A stretch of 64,000 nucleotides of DNA from a bacterium (GCA_963642995.1 CAVIIZ010000001.1:4017-68016), one strand, 5' to 3'. Shown: positions 50,942-58,642, numbered from the stretch's first letter. Numbers and translations are program-made. The notes: generated by a model not told the origin, from the letters alone.

Positions 50942-50976
50942 CATGGCGGCTGCCACGTCGCCCTTCAAGGCGAGCG
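50942..50976 (+). repeat. 35-nt direct repeat, copy 2
   Basis: CATGGCGGCTGCCACGTCGCCCTTCAAGGCGAGCG. An additional shared octamer, ACCGCACG, lies 3 nt upstream of copy 1 (49744-51) and 16 nt upstream of copy 2 (50918-25). Confidence 0.9.
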
Positions 50977-51337
50977 GACCTCCGACGAGTACCGCGACGT
51001 GTTCCTGCCGGGCATCCTCGAAGGTTCCCTGGCTCGCATAAACAAGGGCCTTCCCGCCGCGGCCATCGACGAGGCCGTCCTCAAAATCCAAAACGTCGAG
51101 GGCGGCACGCTCGAGCAGCGAAACGAGACCTTCACCGACTACCTGCAGTCGGGCGTGGAGGTGCGCTTCTCCGACGGCGATTACTCCAAGACCCGGGCGG
51201 CCACCTGGCAGACCATGCTCGACGGCAAGATGGACGCGAGCGGCAAGGTGTCCGTCGGCGCCGCGCGAACGGTCCGCAAGGCGCTGCCGAACGCCTCCTA
51301 CATCGGATTCACCGGCACGCACATCTTCCGCAGCTGA
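50942..51337 (+). pseudogene. hsdR: remnant of a type I restriction enzyme R subunit (hsdR) with a large internal deletion and premature end
   Basis: The translation ...GERTSDEYRDVFLPGILEGSLARINKGLPAAAIDEAVLKIQNVEGGTLEQRNETFTDYLQSGVEVRF resembles the HsdR N-terminus. It is fused after about 70 aa to ...ALPNASYIGFTGTHIF, a helicase-motif region normally hundreds of residues away, and then reaches a stop at 51335-51337. Confidence 0.55.
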
Positions 51338-51425
51338 AGCGCGTTTTGCATGGTCTCGCGCGGACTTTGCCGCCGAGGGTTGCCAAGGCGCCGGCTCCGA
51401 GGTCGCCTGCGACGCGCACGAGCTC

Positions 51426-51578
51426 CTAGAGCAGATGCGCCATGTACAAGGGCAGGCGCACCAAGTCGCCTTCGGCGTTCATCGGCTTGAGATGGAGGAT
51501 ATAGCGCGTTCCCACACGCGAGCCTCGGGATCTGCGTTTCCATTCGAGCAGTTTGTCGTAGGCTCGTCTTTTGAACAT
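51426..51578 (-). pseudogene. 50-codon remnant of an AAA/DUF4143-type ATPase gene
   Basis: The ORF is too short for the track: MFKRRAYDKLLEWKRRSRGS|RVGTRYILHLKPMNAEGDLVRLPLYMAHLL. The first 20 aa and the last roughly 25 aa resemble the N- and C-termini of that roughly 400-aa family. AGGAGA lies upstream. The patch is AT-richer than its surroundings. Confidence 0.3.
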
Positions 51579-51707
51579 GCTCGCTCTCCTGCCGTGCATT
51601 ATGTTCTACCAGCGGTTTGCACGAATTCCATGGTCGCGGTGCATGGAATTACACACGAAAGGCATAGCGTAAGAACGCCAATATATACACGAAATCCACG
51701 GTTTGCC

Positions 51708-52712
51708 CTATTCGGAAAACAGCACCGACGACCCTTCGAGCACGTCCCAGCCGCACTCCTCGAGCAGGGCCTTGCAGTTCGGCACCGTCCAGCCGCGGTT
51801 CTCCTCGGTCTTGCCCTCGGTGTCGCGCGGGTTGCTGCCGACTTCTGCCCACAGGAGGTTGGCGCCGTTGAAGACGGCGAGCTGATTGGGCTCGTGCGTG
51901 CAGTTGCCCACGATCTCGGCGCCGGTGATGAGCGCGACGGCGGCGACGATGGTGGCCATGCGCGCGTATCCCAGCTGGCCGTGGGCCGCGAGCTCGGAGC
52001 CGGGGATGGTCGTGCGGCGCATCGAGCCGGAGAAACGCGCCTGCATCTCGCGCGTGATGATGGCCTTCTCGACGATCTCTTCCACCGTGTGCTCAGGACC
52101 TACCGGCTCGACGCACGAACCCAAGAGCAGCCCGGCGTCTTGGGCCGCGTGTATCGTCTCCCAGCGGCGCTCGGGGCTGCAGCGGGTGAAGCGCCCCTCC
52201 CCCATGCGTATGACATGGTAGACGCCGGCAAAGCCCGCGCGCTTGAGCTCCTGGGCGTAGTCGGCGTCGAAATCGCCCACGTTGGCCACGAGCGGCGTGT
52301 CCCGCTTCAGCGCCTTCTTCGCGGCGCGCCCGTACTCGAGGAACTTCTCCGGGTCGTAGCCTGCCGTGGTCATGAGGTAGACGGCGTTGGCGCCCTTTTC
52401 CTCGAGCAGCTCGACGTAGTCCACGACCGTCTCCACCGGCGTCTCGCTGGCCTCGTCAAAGACCTTGTTGCTCGCGGCGAACGAGCAGAACTTGCAGTCC
52501 TTGGGGCACAGCCCGATGTTGAGGCCTATCTGGCCGTGGATCTCGGCCTTCGGCAGGAGGCGCTCGCTGAAGCGCCTGCCCGCGAGGCGCACCTGCGCGG
52601 CCTCGTCGGACAGGTCGTCCCATTTCAGCAGCTCGGCGCTTTCCCTCTCGTCGAGCACGCCGCCGTCGAGCGCCTTGTTGATGACCTTCGATACCGTCGC
52701 GTCCATGCGCAT
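51708..52712 (-). CDS. radical SAM protein, biotin-synthase-like (BioB/HydE/PylB superfamily), function unknown
   Basis: This is the last 334 aa of track ORF 51708..53240. GLCPKDCKFCSF is a Cx3Cx2C triad close to the BioB CPEDCKYC motif. Third-position GC is very high, like the core genes. The start is ATG 52712 or, with better SD spacing to GAGGAG, ATG 52706. Confidence 0.75.
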   Translation of the reverse strand: MRMDATVSKVINKALDGGVLDERESAELLKWDDLSDEAAQVRLAGRRFSERLLPKAEIHGQIGLNIGLCPKDCKFCSFAASNKVFDEASETPVETVVDYVELLEEKGANAVYLMTTAGYDPEKFLEYGRAAKKALKRDTPLVANVGDFDADYAQELKRAGFAGVYHVIRMGEGRFTRCSPERRWETIHAAQDAGLLLGSCVEPVGPEHTVEEIVEKAIITREMQARFSGSMRRTTIPGSELAAHGQLGYARMATIVAAVALITGAEIVGNCTHEPNQLAVFNGANLLWAEVGSNPRDTEGKTEENRGWTVPNCKALLEECGWDVLEGSSVLFSE

Positions 52713-52850
52713 CTCCTCTTCTCGTGGTGAAGCTTTCCCGCGGGCTTGCCCGTCTGGCTCGGGCAGGCCAAGCCAAACCAAGGCAGCGGCCGTGGCGTTC
52801 GAGCCGCCTGCCGTCTGCCGGGGCATCTGGCGTCCGGCAGTCAGGCCGAG

Positions 52851-52880
52851 AGTATAGGACAGGCGAGAATATCGGGGCAA
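52851..52880 (-). promoter_or_regulatory. candidate promoter of the radical SAM gene (-35 TTGCCC, 18 nt, -10 TATACT)
   Basis: The - strand reads TTGCCCcgatattctcgcctgtccTATACT. This would give a GC-rich leader of about 130 nt with three consecutive hairpins (CTGCCGG/CCGGCAG, GGCAGGCGGC/GCCGCTGCC, GGCTTG/CAAGCC). Confidence 0.3.
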
Positions 52881-53160
52881 CGCCAATCCGCAGCGCTCGG
52901 GCACCGAGAAGGGAGGCAGGCAAAGAGCCCGCGTTGGCGCCTTGTGGCCAAGATGCGGGCGCGGCGGAAAAGTCGACGGTCCCAGGCGGCTTGACGGCTC
53001 TTCTTGCAGACATCCTCGCGGTGCCCCGAAGACAAGGCGAGGGCGGCGCGACACATCCACTTGCCCGACAAGGCGTGTCGGATGAAGCAGGCGCGCTGCA
53101 GGCAGACGCGCGGCGGCCTGCTGTCGCGTGCAGGCGCGATGCCGTCGCCCGTCGCGCGGG

Positions 53161-53571
53161 CTACTCGAACGGGTTGACGACAGGCAGGTCGAGATAGGAG
53201 AAGTCGCGGATGTTCCTGGTCGCGAGGGCATGGCCTCCACATGCGCATATGGCCGCGATCATGAGGTCTTCTATGGTCGGGGTGCGCCCGCAGGAGATGG
53301 CCTGCTCGTGGTAGCGGGCGCACTGCTCGGCGGCGGCGGCGTCGAAGGGGAGGATGCGCGAGGCGTACCCCTGCACCAACGCGTCGATGCCACGTGCGAG
53401 TGCGCGGGACTTCTTGCCCTCGTCGAGCAGCAGCTGCCCGAAACGCAGCTCCTCGACGCTCACCGAGGACAGGAGCAGCTCGTCGGCATGCTTGTCCAAC
53501 CATGCGATGACGCGTTTGTCCGGCTGCCGTTTCAGCAGCTCCGATATGACGTTCGTATCGACGACGTACAT
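53161..53571 (-). CDS. vapC: type II toxin VapC/FitB (PIN domain ribonuclease)
   Basis: 136 aa. MYVVDTNVISE carries the first acidic residue. Also FDAAAAEQCARY and ATRNIRDF. Confidence 0.85.
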   Translation of the reverse strand: MYVVDTNVISELLKRQPDKRVIAWLDKHADELLLSSVSVEELRFGQLLLDEGKKSRALARGIDALVQGYASRILPFDAAAAEQCARYHEQAISCGRTPTIEDLMIAAICACGGHALATRNIRDFSYLDLPVVNPFE

Positions 53572-53583
53572 GACCCGCTCCGC

Positions 53584-53820
53584 CTACGAGACGATGCCCG
53601 TTATGCGCGGGGCATGGCGGCGCGGACACGCAAGGTCGATGCCATCCGCCGAATCGGCGACGTCGCGCAGGAGCGAGACCCAGCTGCCCGCGCGCGGGCA
53701 GAGGGCTTCTTCGAGGACGGCGCGCGCCTCCGCCTGCTGGCTCCTGCCGTTTTCCGCAGCCCGCAAGACGAGCGCGCGCTTCACGTCGTCGGGGACATCC
53801 CGGATGAGCAGGCTCGGCAT
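53584..53820 (-). CDS. vapB: type II antitoxin VapB/FitA-like (ribbon-helix-helix)
   Basis: 78 aa, starting MPSLLIRDVPDDVKRALVLRAAENGRSQQAEARAVLEEAL. A GGAGG RBS is present. The AT-rich upstream region has the direct repeat TGATAGC at 53878-84 and 53887-93. Confidence 0.7.
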   Translation of the reverse strand: MPSLLIRDVPDDVKRALVLRAAENGRSQQAEARAVLEEALCPRAGSWVSLLRDVADSADGIDLACPRRHAPRITGIVS

Positions 53821-54080
53821 GATCGCACCTCCATGACCATGGCGCCGCCGCCGAAGGGGGCGCCGGATGATGAATATTGATAGCGATGATAGCACGTCAT
53901 CGACAGCGGCATCGCGTGAAGTGCCGGCGAGTCTGGACGAAGACGCGTGAGAGGGATCGCCGCGTCCGCTCCTAGAGCCTCCAGCCCCGGGACGGGCCTT
54001 GCAGCAGCCTGCAGGCACGTCGCAGGGCTGGCCTTCAAATCCGAGGGGCAATGCTCACCGGCGGGAACGTGCCCAGCTGT

Positions 54081-54542
54081 TCATGCCTCGTTCAAACCGG
54101 AACCGGTTATCTCGTCGTAGCGCAGCCCCCGCTCCTCGAGCATGGCGACGACCTCGGAGGGCGCCGCGGTTTTCACCGTCGATGCGGCAAAGCCCTTCGC
54201 GTCGCGCGTGACGATGAAGTCCGCGTCCACCTTCACGGCCGAGATGTGGATCAGGCAGTCCTCGAAGTCGTTCCAGCACTCTTTCGCCGCGCTCTCGAGG
54301 TCCTCTTTGCCGAGCGTGCATATGTGGATGAACTCGAAGGACGCGAGGAAGGCGCTCTGCAAGACCTCGGATGCGAAGTGCTTTTTGCCGATGTAGAAGA
54401 TGTCCGTATACGACTTCGCGGACGCCCAAAGCTCGACGTCTTTGCAGATCCCCGCGGCGGCGATCGAGTTCACGTCCTCGCTGAACTGCTCCCGCTGGAG
54501 GTAGAAATCGGCCAAGACGTTGGTGTCAAGCAGAAGCTTCAT
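54081..54542 (-). CDS. PIN-domain toxin (VapC-like), second module
   Basis: 153 aa, starting MKLLLDTNVLADF. Also DFEDCLIH and FIVTRDAKGF. GC content is visibly lower than in the core genes. Confidence 0.75.
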   Translation of the reverse strand: MKLLLDTNVLADFYLQREQFSEDVNSIAAAGICKDVELWASAKSYTDIFYIGKKHFASEVLQSAFLASFEFIHICTLGKEDLESAAKECWNDFEDCLIHISAVKVDADFIVTRDAKGFAASTVKTAAPSEVVAMLEERGLRYDEITGSGLNEA

Positions 54543-54825
54543 AGTCGGCCGCCCTCCCCTTCTCGAGCTCGGCGGCAAAATCGAAGCTTGCGGGAAGCGG
54601 CTCTTTGAAGTTGCAAGTGGAACGCCGCAGCAGATCCGCAGCCCCGTCGCGTGCCGCACCTGCCGCCGTCGCAGCGCCCTCGCGCCCGAGGTCCAGCCCA
54701 CCGTCGAGGAACTTGAGATAGACGCCGTTTATGAACTGGGACGGAGTCGAGCCCGCGCTCCTGAGCTTTTGGTGCACCTGGTCTCTGACCTCGACTGGGA
54801 CTCTCGCCGACACCGTTGCAAGCAT
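54526..54825 (-). CDS. RelB/DinJ-like ribbon-helix-helix antitoxin of the second PIN module
   Basis: 99 aa, starting MLATVSARVPVEVRDQVHQKLRSAGSTPSQFINGVYLKFL. A GGGAGG RBS is present. It overlaps the PIN start by 17 nt. Confidence 0.6.
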   Translation of the reverse strand: MLATVSARVPVEVRDQVHQKLRSAGSTPSQFINGVYLKFLDGGLDLGREGAATAAGAARDGAADLLRRSTCNFKEPLPASFDFAAELEKGRAADYEASA

Positions 54826-54843
54826 TTCGTGCCTCCCAACTCC

Positions 54844-54858
54844 GTAATACCATATTAC
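54844..54858. promoter_or_regulatory. palindromic candidate operator upstream of the RHH/PIN module
   Basis: GTAATA-cca-TATTAC lies in an AT-rich stretch 19 nt upstream of the antitoxin ATG. Confidence 0.35.
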
Positions 54859-55088
54859 AACTATAGCACGGAATATGCAGGAAAACTGTGTCGTAGCGCG
54901 CACCGGCATCGTCTGCATCTTGGTCAACCCGGCGTTTCCCGATCCTACCAAGGGGGAAAGTTCTTCTTGTACGAAGGAGAGCTCCTCACCGACCGGCGCG
55001 ACAGGCTGAACGCGCGTTATTGACGAAAGCGCACCCGGCTGCCCGGATTCCGTTCGAGCCGGATTCGGTTGCCTCGTGTGCGACTAGC

Positions 55089-55583
55089 CTATGACGTGGT
55101 GGCGAGGGCCTCGCGCAAGGCGGCCTCGACGCCCGGCGGCACGAGGCCGGCCACGTCGCCGCCGAGGCCTGCCACTTCCTTCACGATGGAGCTGGACACG
55201 TACATGTGCTCGGGGCTGGACATGACGAACAGCGTCTCGATGCCCGGCTGGAGCCGGTAGTTGACGGCCGCCATCTGGAACTCCGCCTCGAAGTCCATCG
55301 TGGCGCGCAGGCCCTTGACCACGGCGCTGGCGCCCCGCTCGCGCGCGAAGTCCATGAGCAGGCACGAGAAGGGCTCGACTGCGACGTTCGGCAGCGCCGC
55401 GAGGCTCTCGCGGGCAAGGCCCACGCGCTCCTCGAGGGTGAACAGCGTGCCCCTGCCCCGCTTGTCGGCAGAGGCCGCCACGGCGACCACCACCTCGTCG
55501 AAGAGCTTCGCGGCCCGCTCGACCACGTCGATGTGGCCTGCAGTGATGGGGTCGAAGGTGCCGGGGACGATAGCCTTGCGCAT
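55089..55583 (-). CDS. coaD: phosphopantetheine adenylyltransferase
   Basis: 164 aa. PGTFDPITAGH is the (T/H)xGH nucleotidyltransferase motif. Confidence 0.95.
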   Translation of the reverse strand: MRKAIVPGTFDPITAGHIDVVERAAKLFDEVVVAVAASADKRGRGTLFTLEERVGLARESLAALPNVAVEPFSCLLMDFARERGASAVVKGLRATMDFEAEFQMAAVNYRLQPGIETLFVMSSPEHMYVSSSIVKEVAGLGGDVAGLVPPGVEAALREALATTS

Positions 55584-55669
55584 GGGTGCATCTCTTTTCT
55601 TCGTGAAAGGCCGGGCCGTTTTCGCGCGGTGCGCTGCGCACGTGCGCGGGGCGCTCGCGCGAGGCGCGG

Positions 55670-57706
55670 CTACTTCTTCTTCGGGACGTAGCTGATGGAA
55701 AACGGGGTGTTGCGCGGGGCGCCCAGCTTGAAGCCGCCCTCGCTGTTCTCGGCGGTGATGGGCGGCGCCGGCGGGGTGCGTCCCTCGCGGTGCGCCTCGG
55801 CGCGGGCGCGCTCGGATTCGACCTGCTTTCGGTAGGCGCCCTCCTCGAAGCGCACGAAGCGCTTGCGCAGCATGACGACGAAGGGGTCGTCGTCTCGCTC
55901 CAGGGACTGCTCTTCTCGCTCGGGCTCGGGCTGCTCGCGGGACATGGCGCCCGTCTCGCCGTCGCGTCCGTCCGTGTCCATGCTGGCCGCCTTCTTTCCG
56001 TGTTCGTCGCGGCTCTCTTCGGCCGCCGCCCCCTGCTCGCCCATGCCCTCTGCTCCGTCCTCGTCGTCGGAAACCGCGCCTTCGTCTGCACGCCCGGCCC
56101 CCGCCTGCCCGCCGTCGCCGGCGCTGTCGTCACGTCCGCCGTCGCCGCCGGCGCTGCCGTCGCCGGCGCTGCCGTCACGTCCGCCGTCGCCGCCGGCGCT
56201 GCCGTCGCACCCGTCGCCGCTGTCGTCGTCGTTGGCGCCGGGGGTAAAGGATACGCCCGCGTCGCCCGATATGCCGCCGTCTCCTGCACTGCCGTCCGCA
56301 TCGACGGCAAAGCCCTGCCCGCCGCCCGCGCCATCGGCGGCCGCGTCGTCGGCGGCTCTCCCGTCGCCGCCGCCCGCAGCCGCCCATGTCCCCCGCCTGC
56401 CACGGGCGCCCCGTGCAGCCGCGTCGCCGGCGTCGGCTGGCGCAGACGCGTCGTCTGGGGCCGTGGCGCCTGACGCGGCGGCGCCCGGCGCTCCGGCGCC
56501 CGCATCTCCTTCACCCGGCGCCCCTCGTTGCGCATCGCCGGCTCCTTCCCCGCCCGCATCCGCCGTGTCCCGCTCGTCTGCCGCGGGAAGGGGGCGGGGG
56601 GCTTGCGGGGATCTCGCGCCACCCGAGACAGGGGCGCCGCCTTCACCCGGCGCAGCGGCGTCTGCACACGGTGCGGCATCGCAGGCCTTTCCCGGGCTCT
56701 CCCCTTCGCCTTGCGCGTGGCGCCCTGCGCCCGCATCGCCATGCCCGGAGAAGAGCTTGCCCTGCTTCGGGCTTGCGGCCACGTTCATCGCGGTCTTGCG
56801 GCGCACGTGCAGCGCCAGCGCCTCGGAATCGCCCGCGACTCCCAACACGCGCTCGAGCACGCGCACCGGGTCGGCCGCGAGCTGCACCTCGACGATGTCC
56901 TCGGACAGGTAGGCCGCGCCGCGCTTTGCCGCGAAGGCCTCCATCGCCTTCACCCGGCGCGGGTCATACGACAGCGGATAGCCCTCCCCCGGTCCGTAGT
57001 CCATGGGCGTTCCCGCGAAACGGTGCGCCCAAAAGCAGCCCAAATGGAAGAGCACGGACTTGGCCGCGAGGGGAAACTCCATGCGCGAGGCGACGAAGGG
57101 CTCGCCGTAGTCCTTCAACGCCACGAGCAGGAGCAGGGTCGCATCGCCTGCCATCGAGTTGCCGGAAAACCTGGCCAGCGAGAAGTCGAGGCGCGCCTCG
57201 TAGCCCACGTGCTCCAGCGCGCGCGCCGCCGCCATGACCGCGCAGGCCGCCTCGACGCGCTTGTGCAGCGGGGTGGAGGCCGCGCACATGGTGTCGTAGA
57301 GGATGCGGACGCTGCGCTTCTTGCGCATCTGGCGGCGCGGGCGGGTGAAGGTCTCGGGGTGCCCGGCCGCGACGCGCTCGACGATGACGTTCGCGCCGTA
57401 GACGTCGGTGCCGCGGCGCTCGTCGGCGCGCCACTCGTAGCGCTCGGCCACGAGGCGCTCCATGCGCGCCTGGCTTCTGGCGAAGGCATCCGAAAAGCCC
57501 TCGTAGCCGAAGAGCAGCGCCTCTTTGGTCTGTTCCGGGGAAAACCACACGCCCGGCTCCACCTCGGCGCGTGCGTCGGCGCTGCGGTCTCCCACTTGCT
57601 CGTAAAAGGCGTTCAGGGCACGAGGGCCGTTCACCCGGTAGGCTTCGGAAAAGGACGCGTAAGCCTCGCCCACGATGGAAAGCTCCCTGTCGCGCAGCTG
57701 CTCCAT
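55670..57706 (-). CDS. large hypothetical protein: N-terminal globular domain of about 330 aa (possibly a degenerate vWA/CobT-like fold), a Gly/Asp/Ala-rich acidic low-complexity region of about 270 aa, and a charged C-terminal tail
   Basis: Lies in track ORF 55670..57748. I prefer ATG 57706 (MEQLRDRELSIVGEAY). RSVRILYDTMCAAS...AACAVMAAARALEHVGYEARLDF resembles a vWA beta1-alpha1 unit without an intact DxSxS MIDAS. It is directly downstream of an AAA_5 ATPase. Confidence 0.6.
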   Translation of the reverse strand: MEQLRDRELSIVGEAYASFSEAYRVNGPRALNAFYEQVGDRSADARAEVEPGVWFSPEQTKEALLFGYEGFSDAFARSQARMERLVAERYEWRADERRGTDVYGANVIVERVAAGHPETFTRPRRQMRKKRSVRILYDTMCAASTPLHKRVEAACAVMAAARALEHVGYEARLDFSLARFSGNSMAGDATLLLLVALKDYGEPFVASRMEFPLAAKSVLFHLGCFWAHRFAGTPMDYGPGEGYPLSYDPRRVKAMEAFAAKRGAAYLSEDIVEVQLAADPVRVLERVLGVAGDSEALALHVRRKTAMNVAASPKQGKLFSGHGDAGAGRHAQGEGESPGKACDAAPCADAAAPGEGGAPVSGGARSPQAPRPLPAADERDTADAGGEGAGDAQRGAPGEGDAGAGAPGAAASGATAPDDASAPADAGDAAARGARGRRGTWAAAGGGDGRAADDAAADGAGGGQGFAVDADGSAGDGGISGDAGVSFTPGANDDDSGDGCDGSAGGDGGRDGSAGDGSAGGDGGRDDSAGDGGQAGAGRADEGAVSDDEDGAEGMGEQGAAAEESRDEHGKKAASMDTDGRDGETGAMSREQPEPEREEQSLERDDDPFVVMLRKRFVRFEEGAYRKQVESERARAEAHREGRTPPAPPITAENSEGGFKLGAPRNTPFSISYVPKKK
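56114..56203. repeat. 45-nt tandem duplication (2 copies, 1 mismatch) inside the acidic region
   Basis: GTCGCCGGCGCTG(T/C)CGTCACGTCCGCCGTCGCCGCCGGCGCTGCC occurs twice. On the - strand it encodes GSAGGDGGRDGSAGD / GSAGGDGGRDDSAGD. Confidence 0.85.
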
Positions 57707-57811
57707 GCCCGCACCCCGCCGCCTTTCAAGCCTGCCGGCGCAGCGCACGCGCCCGCATCGAGACCGTGCCCGCTTTCGCCCGCGCGGCCTGCACCCGCAA
57801 CGCCCGCATGC

Positions 57812-58642
57812 CTACAGCAGCCCCGGCACGCGGCGCAGTGCCGACGTCCACGGGTTGGCGTCGGAGAAGACGCCCGTGCCGAGCAGCGCCGTCACGTCGT
57901 CTGCGCCGAGGTCTTTGGTCAACACGAGCATGAGCACCTGCTCGGGCGCCATGACCGGCGCGTAGATGCGGATCATCTTGATGTTGCGATACGACGCCAC
58001 CGAGGGCACCCCGCGCATCGCGCACGCCTCGCGGTAGGCGCCGATGAAGGCGACCAGGTCCTTGTCGCCGCCCGCGCACACGAAGTCGATGGCCGCATCG
58101 TATCCCACGGGAATCGTGGCGAAGCGGTTGAGCGAGGCGGCGTCGAGCTGCATGCGCCCCGTGTAGACGGCGTCGCGCCCCGTGCCCAAGGTATTGCCCG
58201 CCGCTATGACGCGGAAATCCGGGTGCGCGCGCACAGACGCGTCGGGAAAGGCGAAGTAGCCGTTGGCGATGGCGCCGTTCAAGGCCACGGCCACGGCCGG
58301 GTCGCTTGCGTCGAACTCGTCGAGGAAGAAGACGCCGCCGCCCTCGAACGCGCGCCGAAACTCCGTGGCGTGGTAGACGCCGCGCGCGTCCACGAACCCG
58401 GCCAGCTTGTACTCGTCGGTCACGCATCCCATGAAGTGGAAGGGCAGGGCGAGCGCCAGGCACACCTGCTCGACGAGCACGTTCTTGCCCGAACCGGCAG
58501 GCCCGAAGAGATAGGCCGGCACCTTGTGCGCGACGGCATGGGCAAGCGGCTCGAAGGCCTCGTGCACGACCTGCTTCAAGTCGGGTGCGAGCATATCGGG
58601 CTCGTCGAGGCCCCACTCGTAGCCTTTCGAGATGTCCCACAT
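57812..58642 (-). CDS. AAA_5 (MoxR/CbbQ/NorQ/CobS-like) ATPase
   Basis: 276 aa. LFGPAGSGKN is the Walker A motif, VFFLDEFDAS the Walker B motif, and VIAAGNT the sensor-1 region. Confidence 0.8.
   Translation of the reverse strand: MWDISKGYEWGLDEPDMLAPDLKQVVHEAFEPLAHAVAHKVPAYLFGPAGSGKNVLVEQVCLALALPFHFMGCVTDEYKLAGFVDARGVYHATEFRRAFEGGGVFFLDEFDASDPAVAVALNGAIANGYFAFPDASVRAHPDFRVIAAGNTLGTGRDAVYTGRMQLDAASLNRFATIPVGYDAAIDFVCAGGDKDLVAFIGAYREACAMRGVPSVASYRNIKMIRIYAPVMAPEQVLMLVLTKDLGADDVTALLGTGVFSDANPWTSALRRVPGLL

Noticed and set aside
52713-52930. Possible riboswitch in the radical SAM leader. CCCGAGCC and GGGAAAGC, with GCCTCCC further upstream, are faintly reminiscent of the Moco RNA motif.
   Set aside because: The elements are in the wrong order and spacing for the motif as I remember it, and part lies upstream of the likely promoter. 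Any GC-rich sequence folds into hairpins. Only a covariance-model scan could decide, so I make no class call.
52841-53056. A Cys-rich 71-aa ORF (…FACLPSRCPSAADWRCPDILACPILSA) directly upstream of the radical SAM gene. It is tempting as a RiPP precursor.
   Set aside because: By my count its third-position GC is only about 69 percent, against more than 90 percent in the adjacent radical SAM gene. It has no convincing SD and it overlaps the best promoter candidate. The radical SAM protein also lacks a SPASM/twitch Cys-rich C-terminal domain. A peptide-level search would still be a cheap check.
55043-55066. The direct repeat CCGGATTC x2 flanks a tRNA T-arm-like hairpin (TCCG-TTCGAGC-CGGA) at the right edge of the island. 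It could be a tRNA 3' fragment or att site.
   Set aside because: I could not build a D-arm, an anticodon arm or a complementary acceptor stem from the flanking sequence. No matching copy exists at the left island boundary. It may just be part of the coaD 3' region.
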